Positions 12,720 to 25,677 of a stretch of 64,000 bases of DNA are shown here, one piece after another. The notes beneath the pieces were generated by a model. That model did not search any database, was not told where the DNA came from, and saw only the letters and a list, made by a program, of their open reading frames with translations. The first letter of the stretch is position 1. Every line of letters begins with the position of its first letter. The stretch is taken from NCBI GenBank assembly GCA_964016885.1, contig OZ024762.1, positions 1,984,001 through 2,048,000 on the forward strand, given 5' to 3'. A program made the position numbers and the translations under genes. This stretch comes from Eledone cirrhosa. Taxonomy: Eukaryota.

Positions 12720-12960
12720 AAAAAATTGGATTATCTAAAATTATTTTTTCACAGCAAAATAGAATTATCCAGAAAGGAGAGAATTATATTTCCAAAGAAA
12801 AATAGGATTATCTAGGAAAGAGAGAATTATTTTTTCAAAGGAAATTAAGATTATCTAGAAGAAAACTATATTTTCAAAGCAAAATAGAATTATCTAAAAG
12901 AGAGAGAATTATTTTTTTCACAGTAAAATAGGATTATCAAGAAAGGAGAGAATTATAATT
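12720..12960. repeat. Degenerate ~33-bp tandem repeat adjoining the NPAT exon 3 donor
   Basis: AAAATAGRATTATCTAGAAAGGAGAGAATTAT recurs about 6 times. Confidence 0.65.
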
Positions 12961-12971
12961 TCAGTAGTTAC

Positions 12972-13240
12972 CTTCTGGATAGTAATACTGTTTTTCTTTA
13001 ACCTTTGAATCAACTCTCGTGGAGTGTGCGTCGAAGATAACAATTCATCACCAATTTTATCAGGAATAATCGTAATTGTGCCTCTGTTGTGAACCTTTCG
13101 TTGAGTTCGAAATTTGGAAATGCTTGTTACTGTATTGTTGGAATGGTTCTCAAAAGTTCGGTATTTCAGTTTGTCCAAGAGTCTTTCAATATCTCTCCAT
13201 AGTGAATCAATAGACGTACAGGAATTATAGCGTTCAAGAG
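12972..13240 (-). CDS. NPAT: NPAT coding exon 3 (ALERYNS...SLWRDIERLLDKLK...ITIQK)
   Basis: TAG acceptor, AAG|GTAACT donor, phase 1-0; SLW..(I/L)...L..(L/I) resembles NPAT SLWKKLDHTLSQIR. Confidence 0.8.
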
Positions 13241-13829
13241 CTAAAACAAACAAACAGAATATTAACATATTAGCAGCCAGTTGTTGTTGTTACAGCTCAC
13301 ACCTATGTGTGTGTGTATGTGACAGCTCACACCTATGTGTATGTGTGTGTGACAGCTCACACCTATGCAGGTTTAGCTGGCCTCCTCCAAGGTAAATCTC
13401 GTTGGAGGTGTCTTGGGTGATTTAATGATAAGGACCCCACATATTAACATATTAATAGTCAATAATACAGTGTAAATGTGGTTTGTGTTAGGAAGGGCAT
13501 CCAGCTGTAGAAACCAAGCCAGAAACAGTTCTGTGTGAGCAAGACTTGGTCATCTGATCTGACTTGTCTCACAACAGGACAACCCATCTAACCTATGTTA
13601 GCGTTGAAAAATGGACGTTAATGATGATAATGATCATCATCATCAATAACTTCAGTTGATGGTTAGTTCTGTGTGATAGACAAACTAGGTAATCCCCTCA
13701 AGTACTACAATCTAGGGGTACTCAACAATTACCTAGAATACAGGGGTGTAAGGTGATCTCCTAGAATGCTAAAATCTTATAAAATAACCATTTTATGTAA
13801 TAACCGTCTTGTATAATAACCATATGCTT

Positions 13830-14170
13830 TGTTGGAGGTGCAATGTAAGTGTGAGAGAAAGGCAGAGCTTGGACGAGCTGAGGGAGAAGCTAGGCTAAAG
13901 AGGAATCTGAGGTGGTGTGCTGGAGAGAAAACTGTGTTGTACATGGACAATGACCGATGGGTGAAGAAATGCCAGGAAATCCCAGTGGAAGGAAGCTGCA
14001 GTAGAGGATGACCAAGAAAGATCTGGGCAAAGGTTGTAAGAGCTGACTTCAAATCGCTAAGACTGACAGAGGAGATTATGAAGGAACGCGATATGTGGGG
14101 AGATGCTGTGCTGAAAAGGACACGTCCAACCCATGCAAGCATGGAAAAGTGGGCATAAAAACGATGAAGA
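13830..14170 (+). mobile_element. RTE-type LINE 3' fragment
   Basis: WVKKCQEIPVEG...GRPRK relic; similar fragments at 9940-10142, 19330-19850, 34056-34428, 37565-38270 (-) and 47950-48430 (-), usually with (GAT)n tails. Confidence 0.8.
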
Positions 14171-14386
14171 TATAATAACCATCATCACCACCATTTTACG
14201 TCCATTCTTCCGTGCTAGCTTGCTTTAGATGTAATAACCATCTTAGGTGCAATAACAATCTTATGTAACAACTATCTTATGTAATAACCATCATCATCAC
14301 CGTTTTATGGCCATTATTCCACACTAGCATGGGTTAGATGTAATAACCATTGTAGATGTGATAACAGGAAAACAAGAAGCACTTAC

Positions 14387-14557
14387 CTTGAGTTTTCATG
14401 AAACCAAAGTTGTCCAACATTTCTATTAAACTGAGGCCCAGGATATTTGTTGGGTATTCAAAGCCTTTCTTCTTTAATTCATTATATTCACTAAGATATT
14501 TACACTCTTTGAGGAAAATCTTGGTTGTCTGTACAAAACCATGTTCGGTTAAGTAGC
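14387..14557 (-). CDS. NPAT: NPAT coding exon 2 (GYLTEHGFVQTTKIFLKECKYLSEY...FMKTQ, LisH domain)
   Basis: CAG acceptor, GTAAGT donor, 171 nt, phase 1-1; resembles NPAT GYL...F..ES..L.EY...L..IL.EY..MK. Confidence 0.88.
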
Positions 14558-15052
14558 CTGTAGATAGAATACATCTCATTATACACCTCCATTCAACCTT
14601 CAACAAATACATGTTGATAGTTATTGAAATTTCAATGAGTTAACGTGTTGCTGGGAATTGAACTTATAACCTTAAGATTGCGAGTCGAATACCCTAACCA
14701 CAAAACCATGCTTAGTGGTTAACACCCTAACTACAAAGTATGGTTTGTGGTTAGGGTGTTCAGCTGACAAACGTAAGGTTGTGAGTTCGATTCCTGGTAG
14801 TATGTTGTGTCATTGAAATTCTAAAACGCGAGTGACCCAAATGCAGAAAATAACTACAATAAATCAATCATTATAGATAATAGTGTAATGACATGTGGCT
14901 TTTCTGTGGTGTCACCAGCACGATCACCTTACAGGGTGAACTGGGTGCATTTTGTATGTCACCAGCACAACCACATTACAGGGTGAACTGGGTACTTTTT
15001 GTAGTATCACCAGCATGACCACCAATTAAAAGAATACAGATAAAGGGCTTAC

Positions 15053-15104
15053 CTAAAACTAGTCTTGCTACTTCTGAGGGTAAGAAATACGGTGGGTTGT
15101 TCAT
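15053..15104 (-). CDS. NPAT: NPAT orthologue, first coding exon (MNNPPYFLPSEVARLVLG, start of LisH region)
   Basis: Translation matches the NPAT N-terminus (human MLLPSDVARLVLGYL); donor G|GTAAG, phase 1; the exon's acceptor is at 15170. Joined coding exons 15104 to 319 total 5316 nt (1772 codons) with continuous phase. Confidence 0.88.
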
Positions 15105-15214
15105 GTTTCCCTTACAGACATCCTGACCGACAGATCATGGCTGTCGAATAATTTCTCCACACATTTACAGCTGATTCGATAGAAAGAGAAAAAAATAGAA
15201 ATAATTATTAATAA

Positions 15215-16260
15215 TTATAATGAAAATTATTGTGTACAGTGCTCAGGTGCACTACAACTCGTCAAAGGTGCATGTATAGTACATAGAATAATGTACAAGT
15301 GTCAGGAAAGTGAACAGTGTATGAGTCATGATATACACACAGATACATGCGTGTGTATGGAGGGGGGGATATCAGGTGTAGTGTTGACGAATCTCGGGTA
15401 AGGATGGAGGTTTTAAAAGATGCAGTGTCTCGACAGCTAACGACTGATGCAGGTAGTTTGTTCCATGGAGGTTTTAAAGGATGCAGTGTCTTGACAGCTA
15501 ACAACTGATGCAGGTAGTTTGTTCCATCAAGGTTTTAAAGGATGCAGTGTCTCGACAGCTAACAACTGATGCAGGTAGTTTGTTCCATCGAGGTTTTAAA
15601 GGATGCAGTGTCTCGACAGCTAACAACTGATGCAGGTAGTTTGTTCCATCGAGGTTTTAAAGGATGCAGTGTCTCGACAGCTAACAACTGATGCAGGTAG
15701 TTTGTTCCATCGAGGTTTTAAAGGATGCAGTGTCTCGACAGCTAACAACTGATGCAGGTAGTTTGTTCCATCGAGGTTTTAAAGGATGCAGTGTCTCGAC
15801 AGCTAACAACTGATGCAGGTAGTTTGTTCCATCGAGGTTTTAAAGGATGCAGTGTCTCGACAGCTAACAACTGATGCAGGTAGTTTGTTCCATCGAGGTT
15901 TTAAAGGATGCAGTGTCTCGACAGCTAACAACTGATGCAGGTAGTTTGTTCCATCGAGGTTTTAAAGGATGCAGTGTCTCGACAGCTAATAACTGATGCA
16001 GGTAGTTTGTTCCATCGAGGTTTTAAAGGATGCAGTGTCTCGACAGCTAACAACTGATGCAGGTAGTTTGTTCCATGCTTCAGAAACTCTGATCATGAAA
16101 AAATGTTTCCGAGTCATGAGAGTTGTACTGTTTTCTGATTTTGTTGGCATGTCTACTGGTGTTAGACATATGGAATTTAAAAAGGTGCTCAGGGTTGTTG
16201 TTGGAAAGATGGTTAATAATCTTGTGGGTGTCTACCAAGTCAGTTGCCAGACATCGGAGC
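15215..16260 (-). mobile_element. CR1/L2-like LINE 3' end with an internal 61-bp tandem array (about 11 copies, 15407-16078)
   Basis: Minus-strand relic DLVDTHKII...HANKIRKQ...FF...WNKLPASVVSCRDTASFK; identical 61-bp units. Confidence 0.75.
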
Positions 16261-17231
16261 TTCAATGTATCCATAGGAGCTTTAATGTCCTGTACCACAA
16301 GAAACCACATTATCAAGACATTCTTGAAATATATAAAACAGTAATATGACTGCATCACATTAAATATTAAAGTCTTTAATCAAATACTGCAAATGTTTAC
16401 ATCATCCTGTACCACATGAAACCCATTATCAAAATATTCTTGAAAAGTATAAAACAGGTACAAGCTGAAGCATATAGACAATATGCCCCCATCCCCTCCC
16501 ACTGTAAAGTGGTTATGGAGGTGCCATGGCAAAAAAGCACCCAACACTCACTGTAAATGAGGTTGGTGTTAGGAAGGGCATCCAGCAGTAGAAATCAAGC
16601 CAAAATCAATTCCTGTATGAGCAAGGCATGGTCAGCCGACCGGACACTGCCCACAACAGGACAACCTGTCTAACCCATGCTAGCATGGAAGAACGTACGT
16701 AAAACGGTGATGATGATGATGATGATGATGAATACTGTCTAAAACAGTAATGTCTCAGGAAAGAATCTCTAAATTGAGAGATCACAGCTCTGATACTATG
16801 GACATGTGGTTAGAATGTCTCAGGGAAGAATCTCTGGACAGATTTTACGGGGAGCAAAACCAACTGGCAGGATACTTTGGTGTAGACCCTGAGTAAAGAT
16901 GGTTGGGTAGTATCAATGAACTTGGCTGGTCTTGCTTTGGGGATCGTTGGAGACCGTTGCTTCTGACAGGACCCACTGTAAAGAGTGTTTAAGGACTCTG
17001 ACCCCACGACGACCCTCTTGGGAGTAAGTGGGCGAAGAAGATGGTGGATTTCCGATGTACATCAAAGAGGTGACTACAGTTTCAAAAGTTACATAATACG
17101 TTAATAGGGTATAGGTGTATTTATTTTATGATAGAAATGACTTCTACAAGACTAGAACTGTTTCAATCGTAAGGGATGACAAGAAAAAGAATGAAAAATG
17201 TAATATTAAACATAAAAAAAAAGGGACTTAC

Positions 17232-17400
17232 GTTTTATCTGGTCAACTCAGGGGGTATTCGTCAGTTTTTTACAATGTTTACAAAATATTGTTTATAACC
17301 CAAGGGTGACTACTATATACCGGTGGCATTATTTAAACAAATATAACGCAATATATCACAGACCACATTTTCTCAGTCATCTCCGACTTTATAATAAATA
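17232..17400 (-). other. Probable non-coding first exon of NPAT
   Basis: GTAAGT donor on the minus strand at 17231 in non-repetitive sequence upstream of the exon holding the ATG; 5' end is approximate. Confidence 0.45.
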
Positions 17401-17625
17401 GATAGAAGGAAAATAAAGACGAGATTCCGACTGAGTGTGGATATTTGGGGAAGATATATTTTTAGGGGTGTTGGTGGGAATGTTGTACTTTCTGACATTA
17501 GAAATTGCAACGATTTTTTGGCGGAAGAAATATTATTTGATTAGGATAATAAAAAATTAATTAATCAATGGGATAGATTAATTAATAAATAAACATGTTA
17601 ATGACAGTTTATATATATACATATA

Positions 17626-17657
<32 letters not shown>

Positions 17658-18230
17658 AATGAACTAATGTTTAACATTTCTTAACAGCCATCGAAGAGTG
17701 CGCCAAATATTCAAGGGGAGATAACTCCCTATGCCTGGCTTTTCATTTACTTATATTTTAATTCATTTATTTATAGTTTATTGTTTCTTCTCAAAATGTG
17801 AGTTAATGTTTAGCTTTTGATTTTCATTTTTCATATTTCAGAAATCACCAATAATTTTTAAGCCAACTCTGGGAATAAAATAAAATGTTTGCCTTTTTTG
17901 GTCACAAATAACAGATTTATGTTTAATAAATAGCATTCCAGCCATGACCATCTAGGAATACATTATGCAATGTGTTCTTCAAATTTTTAAGACGTTTGAT
18001 ATGATAGAAATGATATGTGAAAACTTCTGATGTAATTCTATTCGTATTTAAAAAACATTTTTTATAAGAATCTAAAGATCGAAGCCGGCCGAATCTTATT
18101 TGAGGATACTAAAAAAAGTGAAAGTAAATATTTCATGATAGAAATAAAAAAACTGAAACGTAAACAAGCAGCGAGATCTTTTTTTTTTTTTTTTTAATGG
18201 TCATCTGATATTTCAGCCAACAATTACGAG
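17400..18230. promoter_or_regulatory. Putative bidirectional promoter region, NPAT (-) / ZNF-A (+)
   Basis: Repeat-free gap between divergent first exons (candidate + donors at 18231 GTAAAT and 18259 GTGAGT); AAGGGGAGATAACT motif at ~17713. Confidence 0.4.
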
Positions 18231-18491
18231 GTAAATATTCACTGCGGTTTACAGTTCGGTGAGTTTCCGGTTAGAAAATTTGGTTTTCCAGTTCTCTGTG
18301 AAAGTTCTGAAACGAAGAATTTTAGCACACACACACACATATATTATATATATATATAATATATATGTATATAGTAGTGTAAGTTTTAATATGTATATAT
18401 AACAGAATGGTATGTATATATATATGTCTTTCGTATGAATTTGTATGTCTCTGCAACATCTACATTATAATTGTTACAGTGCACTATATAT

Positions 18492-18700
18492 ATAGGAAAA
18501 TGTATGACCCCGACGGCAGAGCTCAAGCCGTTTCGACGGCTATTTCTGGACTGAATTTAGTCCAGAAATAGCCGTCGAAACGGCTTGAGCTCTGCCGTCG
18601 GGGGTCATACATTTTCCTATTACCCACTCTACTACTCTAAGTATTGAGTACTCTGGTGTGTTATGGTCCATCTGGTTCCTTACCACACCTCCTTCGTTAT
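18492..18700. mobile_element. Palindromic (~60-bp stem) non-autonomous element with a one-sided tail, in (TA)n; Penelope-end-like
   Basis: Near-perfect inverted arms 18492-18620; family copies at 41911-42126, 53670-53848, 63286-63346 (half), 26750-26890 and 31000-31180. Confidence 0.65.
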
Positions 18701-19068
18701 ATATATAATAGGTGGTTTATTGCAATTTCTATATATTGAAAACAAAGCGAGGTTTCACAGATGGGCGGCTCAGGATCTATATAAATGCTATAGACCCGAC
18801 TACAGTCAGATCTGCTTTTTAATCAAGCAAAGACGAAATCCCAATAAACCATGAATCTACTGAACAACCTATTATATATATATCAATGATATTAATAAAT
18901 GGAAACTATCTTTATAAAACCATATTTATAAAGATAGTTTCCATTTCTTAATATTATTGATATTATACTCCAGAAGAAATTTGTAGAGTGCTTCTAATCT
19001 GTTATAAACTAAATTTGTTGAATAACCAACAAATTAAATAACTCATTGCGTATATATATATATATAAA

Positions 19069-19270
19069 TGTCCCTAAAAGTCTGGACACACAGGAAATAT
19101 CACTATTTATATCTATAATATTTTTGCCCCATACATTATATATGAGTTTGTCGAAAGAAGAAAGAATTGAGTTGATATTTTTCAGTAGATGTGAAAGATG
19201 GTCATATCGAAAGAAAGATGTTTTTAATGCATGTCATCCAAAAAGGGTCCAGATTTTAGGGACACCCTGT
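19069..19270 (+). mobile_element. Internally deleted Tc1/mariner element
   Basis: Inverted termini TGTCCCTAAAAGTCTGGAC / GTCCAGATTTTAGGGACACCCTG-TA; internal MSLSKEERIELI...SYR resembles a transposase N-terminus. Confidence 0.55.
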
Positions 19271-20199
19271 ATATAGATAGAACATATATATATATTGGTA
19301 GGTTCTATAGAAGTGGTTCATAGCTTCCGGGACCTAGGGAGGGGGTGTTCCGGGGCCATAGTATCTAGAATAAGGACGAGTTGGAAGTAGTTGATGGAGC
19401 TGCTTCCTCTGTTGACAAAGAAGGGTTTCTCCCTGCGTACGAAATGCATGGTAGTGAGACATGGGCAGCAACTGCAGAGGATATGTGACGGTTGGAGAGA
19501 AATGAAGCAAGCATGCTCTATTGGATGTGCAATGTCAATGTACGTGGGCGACCAAGCATAGAGGAGTTGAGAGAGAAACTGTGTATAAGGGGGATAAGTT
19601 GTGGTGTGCAGGAGAGAAGACTGAGATGGTATGGACATGTCATGTGCATGTAGGACAACCGCTGGGTAAAGAAGTGCCAAGAAATCCCAGTGGAAGGAAG
19701 ACCACGAAAAACATGGGTGGAGGTGGTGAGAACAGACCTCAGATCGCTGAAGCTCACGATGACGAAGGACCGTGACGAGTGGAGAGATGCTGTGCTGAAT
19801 AGGACCCGTCCCACCGTTGCAAGCAGAGAAAAGCAGACGTAAAATGATGATTGGGGCCGGAAATACCACAAATCAATGAAGTACTCGATACGTGGTAAGA
19901 TGCCGAGTGGGTATATTAGTGAAAAATGGATGTTAAATGGTGATGATGATCCCCAGTTTATCAATATAGAAATATATGTTTTTCACTGTTAAATCTCTCT
20001 GTTTTAAGTATTCTCTATTATCTCATACTGCTTCTTTATTATTTCAGAATATCAGATGACATTTGATGGAAATAGAGCAAAATGGACATTTGTTTGGGAT
20101 AAACTATAAGAACTAAAATAAGATAAAATATCCATATATTTTGGTGGAAAAAACTGAATTATTTGAAAAATTTAAGAGATTTATTTTATTCTAGAAGAA

Positions 20200-21678
20200 A
20201 TGCTAAAAAATATAGAAAAATCATTTTACCAATGTGATATCTGTGGTAAATCGTTCTCTCAGAAAGGTAACTTAAATACTCACACACGGAGTCATACAGG
20301 TGAGAAACCTTATCGCTGTGATATTTGTGGTGAATCATTCTCTCAAACTGGACATTTACATAGACATAAACGCACTCATACAGGAGAAAAGCCATACCAC
20401 TGTGATGTCTGCAGTAAATCCTTCTTTCAAAATAGTGAATTAACTATTCACAAACATATCCATACAGGTGAGAAGCCATACCAATGTAATATTTGTGATA
20501 AATCATTCACTCGAAGTGATGGCTTAACTAGACACAAACAAATTCACACAGGAGAGAAGCCCTACCACTGTGAAATCTGTGGTGTTTCGTTCTCCGAGAC
20601 TGGTCACTTAACTACTCACAAACGTATTCATACAGGGGAGAAGCCATATAAATGTGATGTGTGTGGTAAATCATTCTCTGAAAGTAGTCACGTAACTACT
20701 CACAAGCGTATTCATACAGGACAGAAACCATATCACTGTGATGTCTGTAGTAAGTCATTCTATCAGAAAGGAAACTTAACAACTCACAAACATATACATA
20801 CAGGAGTGAAGCCTTATCACTGTGATGTGTGTGGTAAATCGTTCTCTAAAAGTAGTCACATAATTACTCACAAACGTATTCATACAGGAGAGAAACCATA
20901 TCATTGTGATATTTGTGGTAAATCATTCTCCGAAACAGGTCACTTAACTAGTCATAAACGTATTCATACAGGAGAGAAGCCATTTCACTGTGATACCTGT
21001 GGTAAATCATTCTCTGAAACGGGTCACTTACATAGACACATACGTACTCATACAGGAGAGAAGCCATACCACTGTGATATCTGTAGTAAATCATTCTCTC
21101 AAACTGGTACCTTAACTAAACACAAGTATACTCATATTAAAATTAAGTCATATCGCTGTAATATTTGTGGTATATCCTTCTTTCAAAGCAGTGACTTAAC
21201 AACTCACAAACGTATACATACAAAAGAGAAGTCACATCATTGTGATGTCTGTGGTAAATCATTCACTCGAAATAGTGACTTAACTAGACACAAATATATT
21301 CATACAGGAGAGAAGCGATATCACTGTGATATCTGTGATAAATCATTCTCTCAAAATAACGAATTAACCAAGCACGTATATATTCATACAGGAGAGAAGC
21401 CATATCTCTGTGATACCTGTGGTAAATCATTTTCTAGAAGTAACCACTTAACTACGCATAAACGCATTCATACAGGAGAGAAACCATATCACTGTGATAT
21501 CTGTGGTAAATCATTCTCTGAAGCAGGTACCTTAACTACACATAAACGTATTCATACAGGAGAAAAGCCATATCACTGTGATGTCTGTGGTAAATCATTC
21601 TCGAGAAGTAGTCACTTAACTATACACAAACGTATTCATACAAGAGAGAAACCATATCACTATGATATCCATGGTTAA
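20200..21678 (+). CDS. C2H2 zinc-finger protein A, 17 tandem fingers, no effector domain (492 aa)
   Basis: Intact ORF with CxxC...HxxxH fingers and TGEKPY linkers; acceptor TTTCAG at 20047. Confidence 0.95.
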   Translation: MLKNIEKSFYQCDICGKSFSQKGNLNTHTRSHTGEKPYRCDICGESFSQTGHLHRHKRTHTGEKPYHCDVCSKSFFQNSELTIHKHIHTGEKPYQCNICDKSFTRSDGLTRHKQIHTGEKPYHCEICGVSFSETGHLTTHKRIHTGEKPYKCDVCGKSFSESSHVTTHKRIHTGQKPYHCDVCSKSFYQKGNLTTHKHIHTGVKPYHCDVCGKSFSKSSHIITHKRIHTGEKPYHCDICGKSFSETGHLTSHKRIHTGEKPFHCDTCGKSFSETGHLHRHIRTHTGEKPYHCDICSKSFSQTGTLTKHKYTHIKIKSYRCNICGISFFQSSDLTTHKRIHTKEKSHHCDVCGKSFTRNSDLTRHKYIHTGEKRYHCDICDKSFSQNNELTKHVYIHTGEKPYLCDTCGKSFSRSNHLTTHKRIHTGEKPYHCDICGKSFSEAGTLTTHKRIHTGEKPYHCDVCGKSFSRSSHLTIHKRIHTREKPYHYDIHG

Positions 21679-22590
21679 TTGTATGTATATATGTATCATC
21701 ATCATCGTTTAACGTCCATTTTCCACGCTAGCATGGGTTAGATGGGTTGTCCCATTAGAGGCAAGTTGGATTAGATGGTTGTGTCTTGCTCAAATAGAAC
21801 TGTTTCTATGGCTGGACACCCTTCTTAACGCCAACGTATATATATTCTAAAGAGTTGGGACCCAACGGCTGAGCTCTTGCTGTTTCAACATATATCAGAA
21901 CCACAAACAGAACTAATACAAACTGTTACAGAGGACCCCACCATCCAGACAGAGAGGAAAACCTTTGCACTGTGTACACAAGAAACCCAACATTGCACCT
22001 GAAACTAAAAAAGTTACACCACAAACATGGAATGTCTGGTCCCATAACTCCAGATAGAGTTGTAAGGGTACCGTATTGACATACAGCGTGTCTTGGGCAT
22101 GTTAAGCCTCGCAGAGTCCAGACCTGAATACGGCAGATTTCTTCCAGAGAAAGAGATATAGAGCAAGAATCGACTCCAGTACTTGACTGGTCCTTTTTTT
22201 ATTGACCTCAAAAGGATGAAAGGCAAAGTTGACCTCGGTGGGATTTGAACTCCGAGAGCAGAGAAGAGAGCTGGAACAAATACCATAAACCATTCTAACC
22301 GACATTCTAACGACTCTGGCAATTCTCCCACAAACATAGAAAACATTAAAACGGGAACACTTACAAAACATGCTCCTGGTGTTGAGGGTTGTTCTATTGA
22401 TGGAGTGTAAAACAACCTCGCAGTAACATTCCTCCCTATTGGGGATCTTGATTGTTTATTTCATTTTATAATTGTTAAATTTGTTGACATGCTTACATGT
22501 AAAACCCCTGCCGTTCCATGTCTTGTGCACCCTTGTGGCAAATAAATCTATCTGTTTATCTACTCATATATCTTTCTATCTATCTGTTTA

Positions 22591-22631
<41 letters not shown>

Positions 22632-24642
22632 TTATTTACTCATCTATCCTTGATGTGTTGTTTCCTTGAGCAAGACATTTATTTCACATTGCTCCAGTTT
22701 ACTCAGCTGTAGAAATGAGATGATAGGGACTGGGTCCCTATCATTCCAGTGGTCGTGGAGGCGCTACGGCAAAAAAGCACCCAACACTCACTGTAAATGA
22801 GGTTGGTGTTAGGAAGGGCATCCAGCTGTAGAAATCAAGCCAGAATCAGTTCCCGTATGAGCAAGACAAGGTCAGTCGACCAGACACTGCCCACAACAGG
22901 ACAACCCGTCTTACCCATGCTAGCGTGGAAGAACGGACGTAAAACGGTGATGATGATGATGATCCTTCTCTCTTAAAGAATAAAAGATAAACTATTACAT
23001 TTCATACTTGTTTCAAATGAAATAAAGTTATTTCACTTATACTTGAACCTGTGTTTCTTTATTTAACCCTTTTCATACCAAACTACCCCTGGTTATTTGA
23101 TACAAAACTTTATTTTAAAGTGTTTATATTTATCTAAAAACATTGCATAATTTTATCGTGACACCAACATTGCCATTTTATATACTGAGCTGGGAGCATT
23201 TTACTGTGACACCAGCACTACCACTTTAGTGTGGACTGGGAGCATTTTATTGTGACACCAGCACTACCATGTCACAGCGTTTTTACTGTGACACCAGCAC
23301 TACCACTTTACAGCATGGGCTGGGTGCATGATAAAACACCCAGCCCATGCTGTAGTACTGGTGCCACAATAAAATACACCCAGCCCATGCTGTAGTACTG
23401 GTGTCATGAAAAAATGCTAAATTTTATTTGATTTAGATAGAAAACAACCGAAGAGAATATAAAAGTAAATCAGTTTTATTTAGACTTCAAGTGATAAGAA
23501 TATTCACAAAGAGTGAAGAGGAACCAGAACACAGAGTTCTGTGGTTGATAGTTAAGTTTGACATGTATAGCACAGCGGTCAGAGAGAAAATTTTGGTGGT
23601 TCGCAGAAAAATTTGGACATTATTTGCAATTTTTATGTTTTATTAATAATAAAACAAAAATAATATTCAGTTAAAATATATTTTATAACACCCCTAAAAA
23701 TGTTCCTCCTTAGTTAAGAACTAACATCCATGAAAGAATTTTATACACATGTATCATCTATCAACAATATGACACACGTACACTTCAGTATTGTTTAATA
23801 AAATGGAAGTTCTCTGACCACAAATGTATTTATCTTTTAAAAAATTCATGTTAGTGGTCTGTGGTTTACCACAGGAAGGGTTCTAATGATCTTTCTTCTG
23901 GTTCCAGATCACTTTATGTCATCTCACCTAACTCAAAACAACATCTTCATCCAGATGCTGTTGACTTTCCACGAATAAGGAAGTTTTTATTTTTCTACGG
24001 TTGTAGTTTTTTCCTCAAACTGCCATACTTTTCAACTCTCTTCCATCTCGTTTTCCTCCTTATGACCTGAACTCTTTCAAGTAAACTCATTCCTTTCATC
24101 TTAATTTCTCCATCTTCGTAGTCCCTTACACTAAGTGCTTCACGCCCAGTTTGGGACTTTCAAATAATCACAAAAATCTCAATCGATGTACATATGTGAC
24201 GCCCTGTAATTCCTGATGGAGTTGTAATGACTCAGTGTTTCGTGGGATATTTTTTAAAACCCCTAGTGAGGCCTGTCTCAGAGTTTTCTTAGAAAGAATC
24301 ACTGGATAGATTTTATGGGCAAAACCAACTGACAGGAGACCCATACTGATGAAGATGGTTGGATAACATCCATGAACTTGGCTCGTCTCACTTGGTGGAA
24401 TATCTTGCTTGGGATCCAGCCAGATCAGTTGGAGATGGTTACTTCTGACAGGACCAGTTGGAAGAAGTGTTTGAGGACTCTGCCCCAACGACCCCCTTAG
24501 AGATAAGTGGGCAAAGAAGAAAGGCTCATCTCTTCTCCAGGTCAGAACACAGTCGATTTCTTCCAGAGGAAGTGAGAAAGAGATGTAAATTGTTTTAAAA
24601 CATTTCACTGTTGTCGGATGTAATAAGTTTTCATATTGGAAG

Positions 24643-25677
24643 TTAGACTTCTGTATGAATAACAACATGTCTTGTTAAGTTACTTTTTTCGGAGAAAGAT
24701 TTACCACAGATGTCACAGTGATGTCGCTTCTCTCCTGTATGAATGCGTTTGTGAGTAGTTAAAGTACGTTTCTCAGAGAATGATTTACCACAGACATCAC
24801 ATTTATATGGCTTCTCACCTGTATGAACACATTTGTGATTAGTTAAGGTGGCAGCTTCAGAAAATGATTTACCACAGACATCACAATGATGCGACTTCTC
24901 TCGTGTATGAATGCGTTTATGAGTAGTTAATGTACTACTTAGGGAAAACGATCTATCACAGATATCACAATGATATGGCTTCTCTCCTGTGTGAATGCGT
25001 TTGTGTCGAGTTAAGCCATCACTTCGAGAGAATGATTTATCACAGATATCACAGCTGTATGGCTTCTCTCCTGTATGAATACGCTTGTGAATAATTAAGG
25101 AACTACTTCCAGAGAATGATTTATCACAGACATCACAACGATATGGTTTCTCTCCTGTATGAATACGCTTGTGAGAAGTTACATGACTACTTCCAGTGAA
25201 CGATTTACCACACACATCACATTTATATGGCTTTTCACCTGTATGGATTCGTTTGTGAGTTGTTAAATGACCAGTTTCAGAGAATGAAACACCACACACA
25301 TCACAGTGGTAGGGCTTCTCTCCTGTGTGAATCTGTTTGTGTCTAATCACATGACCGCTTACAGAGAATGATTTACCACAGACATCGCATTTAAATGGCT
25401 TCTCACCTGTATGAGTACGCTTGTGAGTAGTTAATTCACTATTTTGAAAGAAGGATTTACTGCAGACATCACAGTGGTATGGCTTTTCTCCTGTATGAAT
25501 ACGTTTATGTCTATGTAAATGTCCAGTTTGAGAGAATGATTCACCACATATATCACAGCGATAAGGTTTCTCTCCTGTATGACTTCGTATATGAGTAGTT
25601 AGGTTTCCTTTTTGTGGAAAAGATTTACCACAGATATCACAGTTGTATGGTGATTTCCCTAAATTTTTTGGTGGCAT
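24643..25677 (-). CDS. C2H2 zinc-finger protein B, 12 tandem fingers (344 aa from ATG 25677), paralogue of ZNF-A
   Basis: Intact ORF; ATG at the position equivalent to the ZNF-A start; acceptor at 26106; candidate non-coding exons 26986-27060 and 27171-~27290. Confidence 0.93.
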   Translation of the reverse strand: MPPKNLGKSPYNCDICGKSFPQKGNLTTHIRSHTGEKPYRCDICGESFSQTGHLHRHKRIHTGEKPYHCDVCSKSFFQNSELTTHKRTHTGEKPFKCDVCGKSFSVSGHVIRHKQIHTGEKPYHCDVCGVSFSETGHLTTHKRIHTGEKPYKCDVCGKSFTGSSHVTSHKRIHTGEKPYRCDVCDKSFSGSSSLIIHKRIHTGEKPYSCDICDKSFSRSDGLTRHKRIHTGEKPYHCDICDRSFSLSSTLTTHKRIHTREKSHHCDVCGKSFSEAATLTNHKCVHTGEKPYKCDVCGKSFSEKRTLTTHKRIHTGEKRHHCDICGKSFSEKSNLTRHVVIHTEV

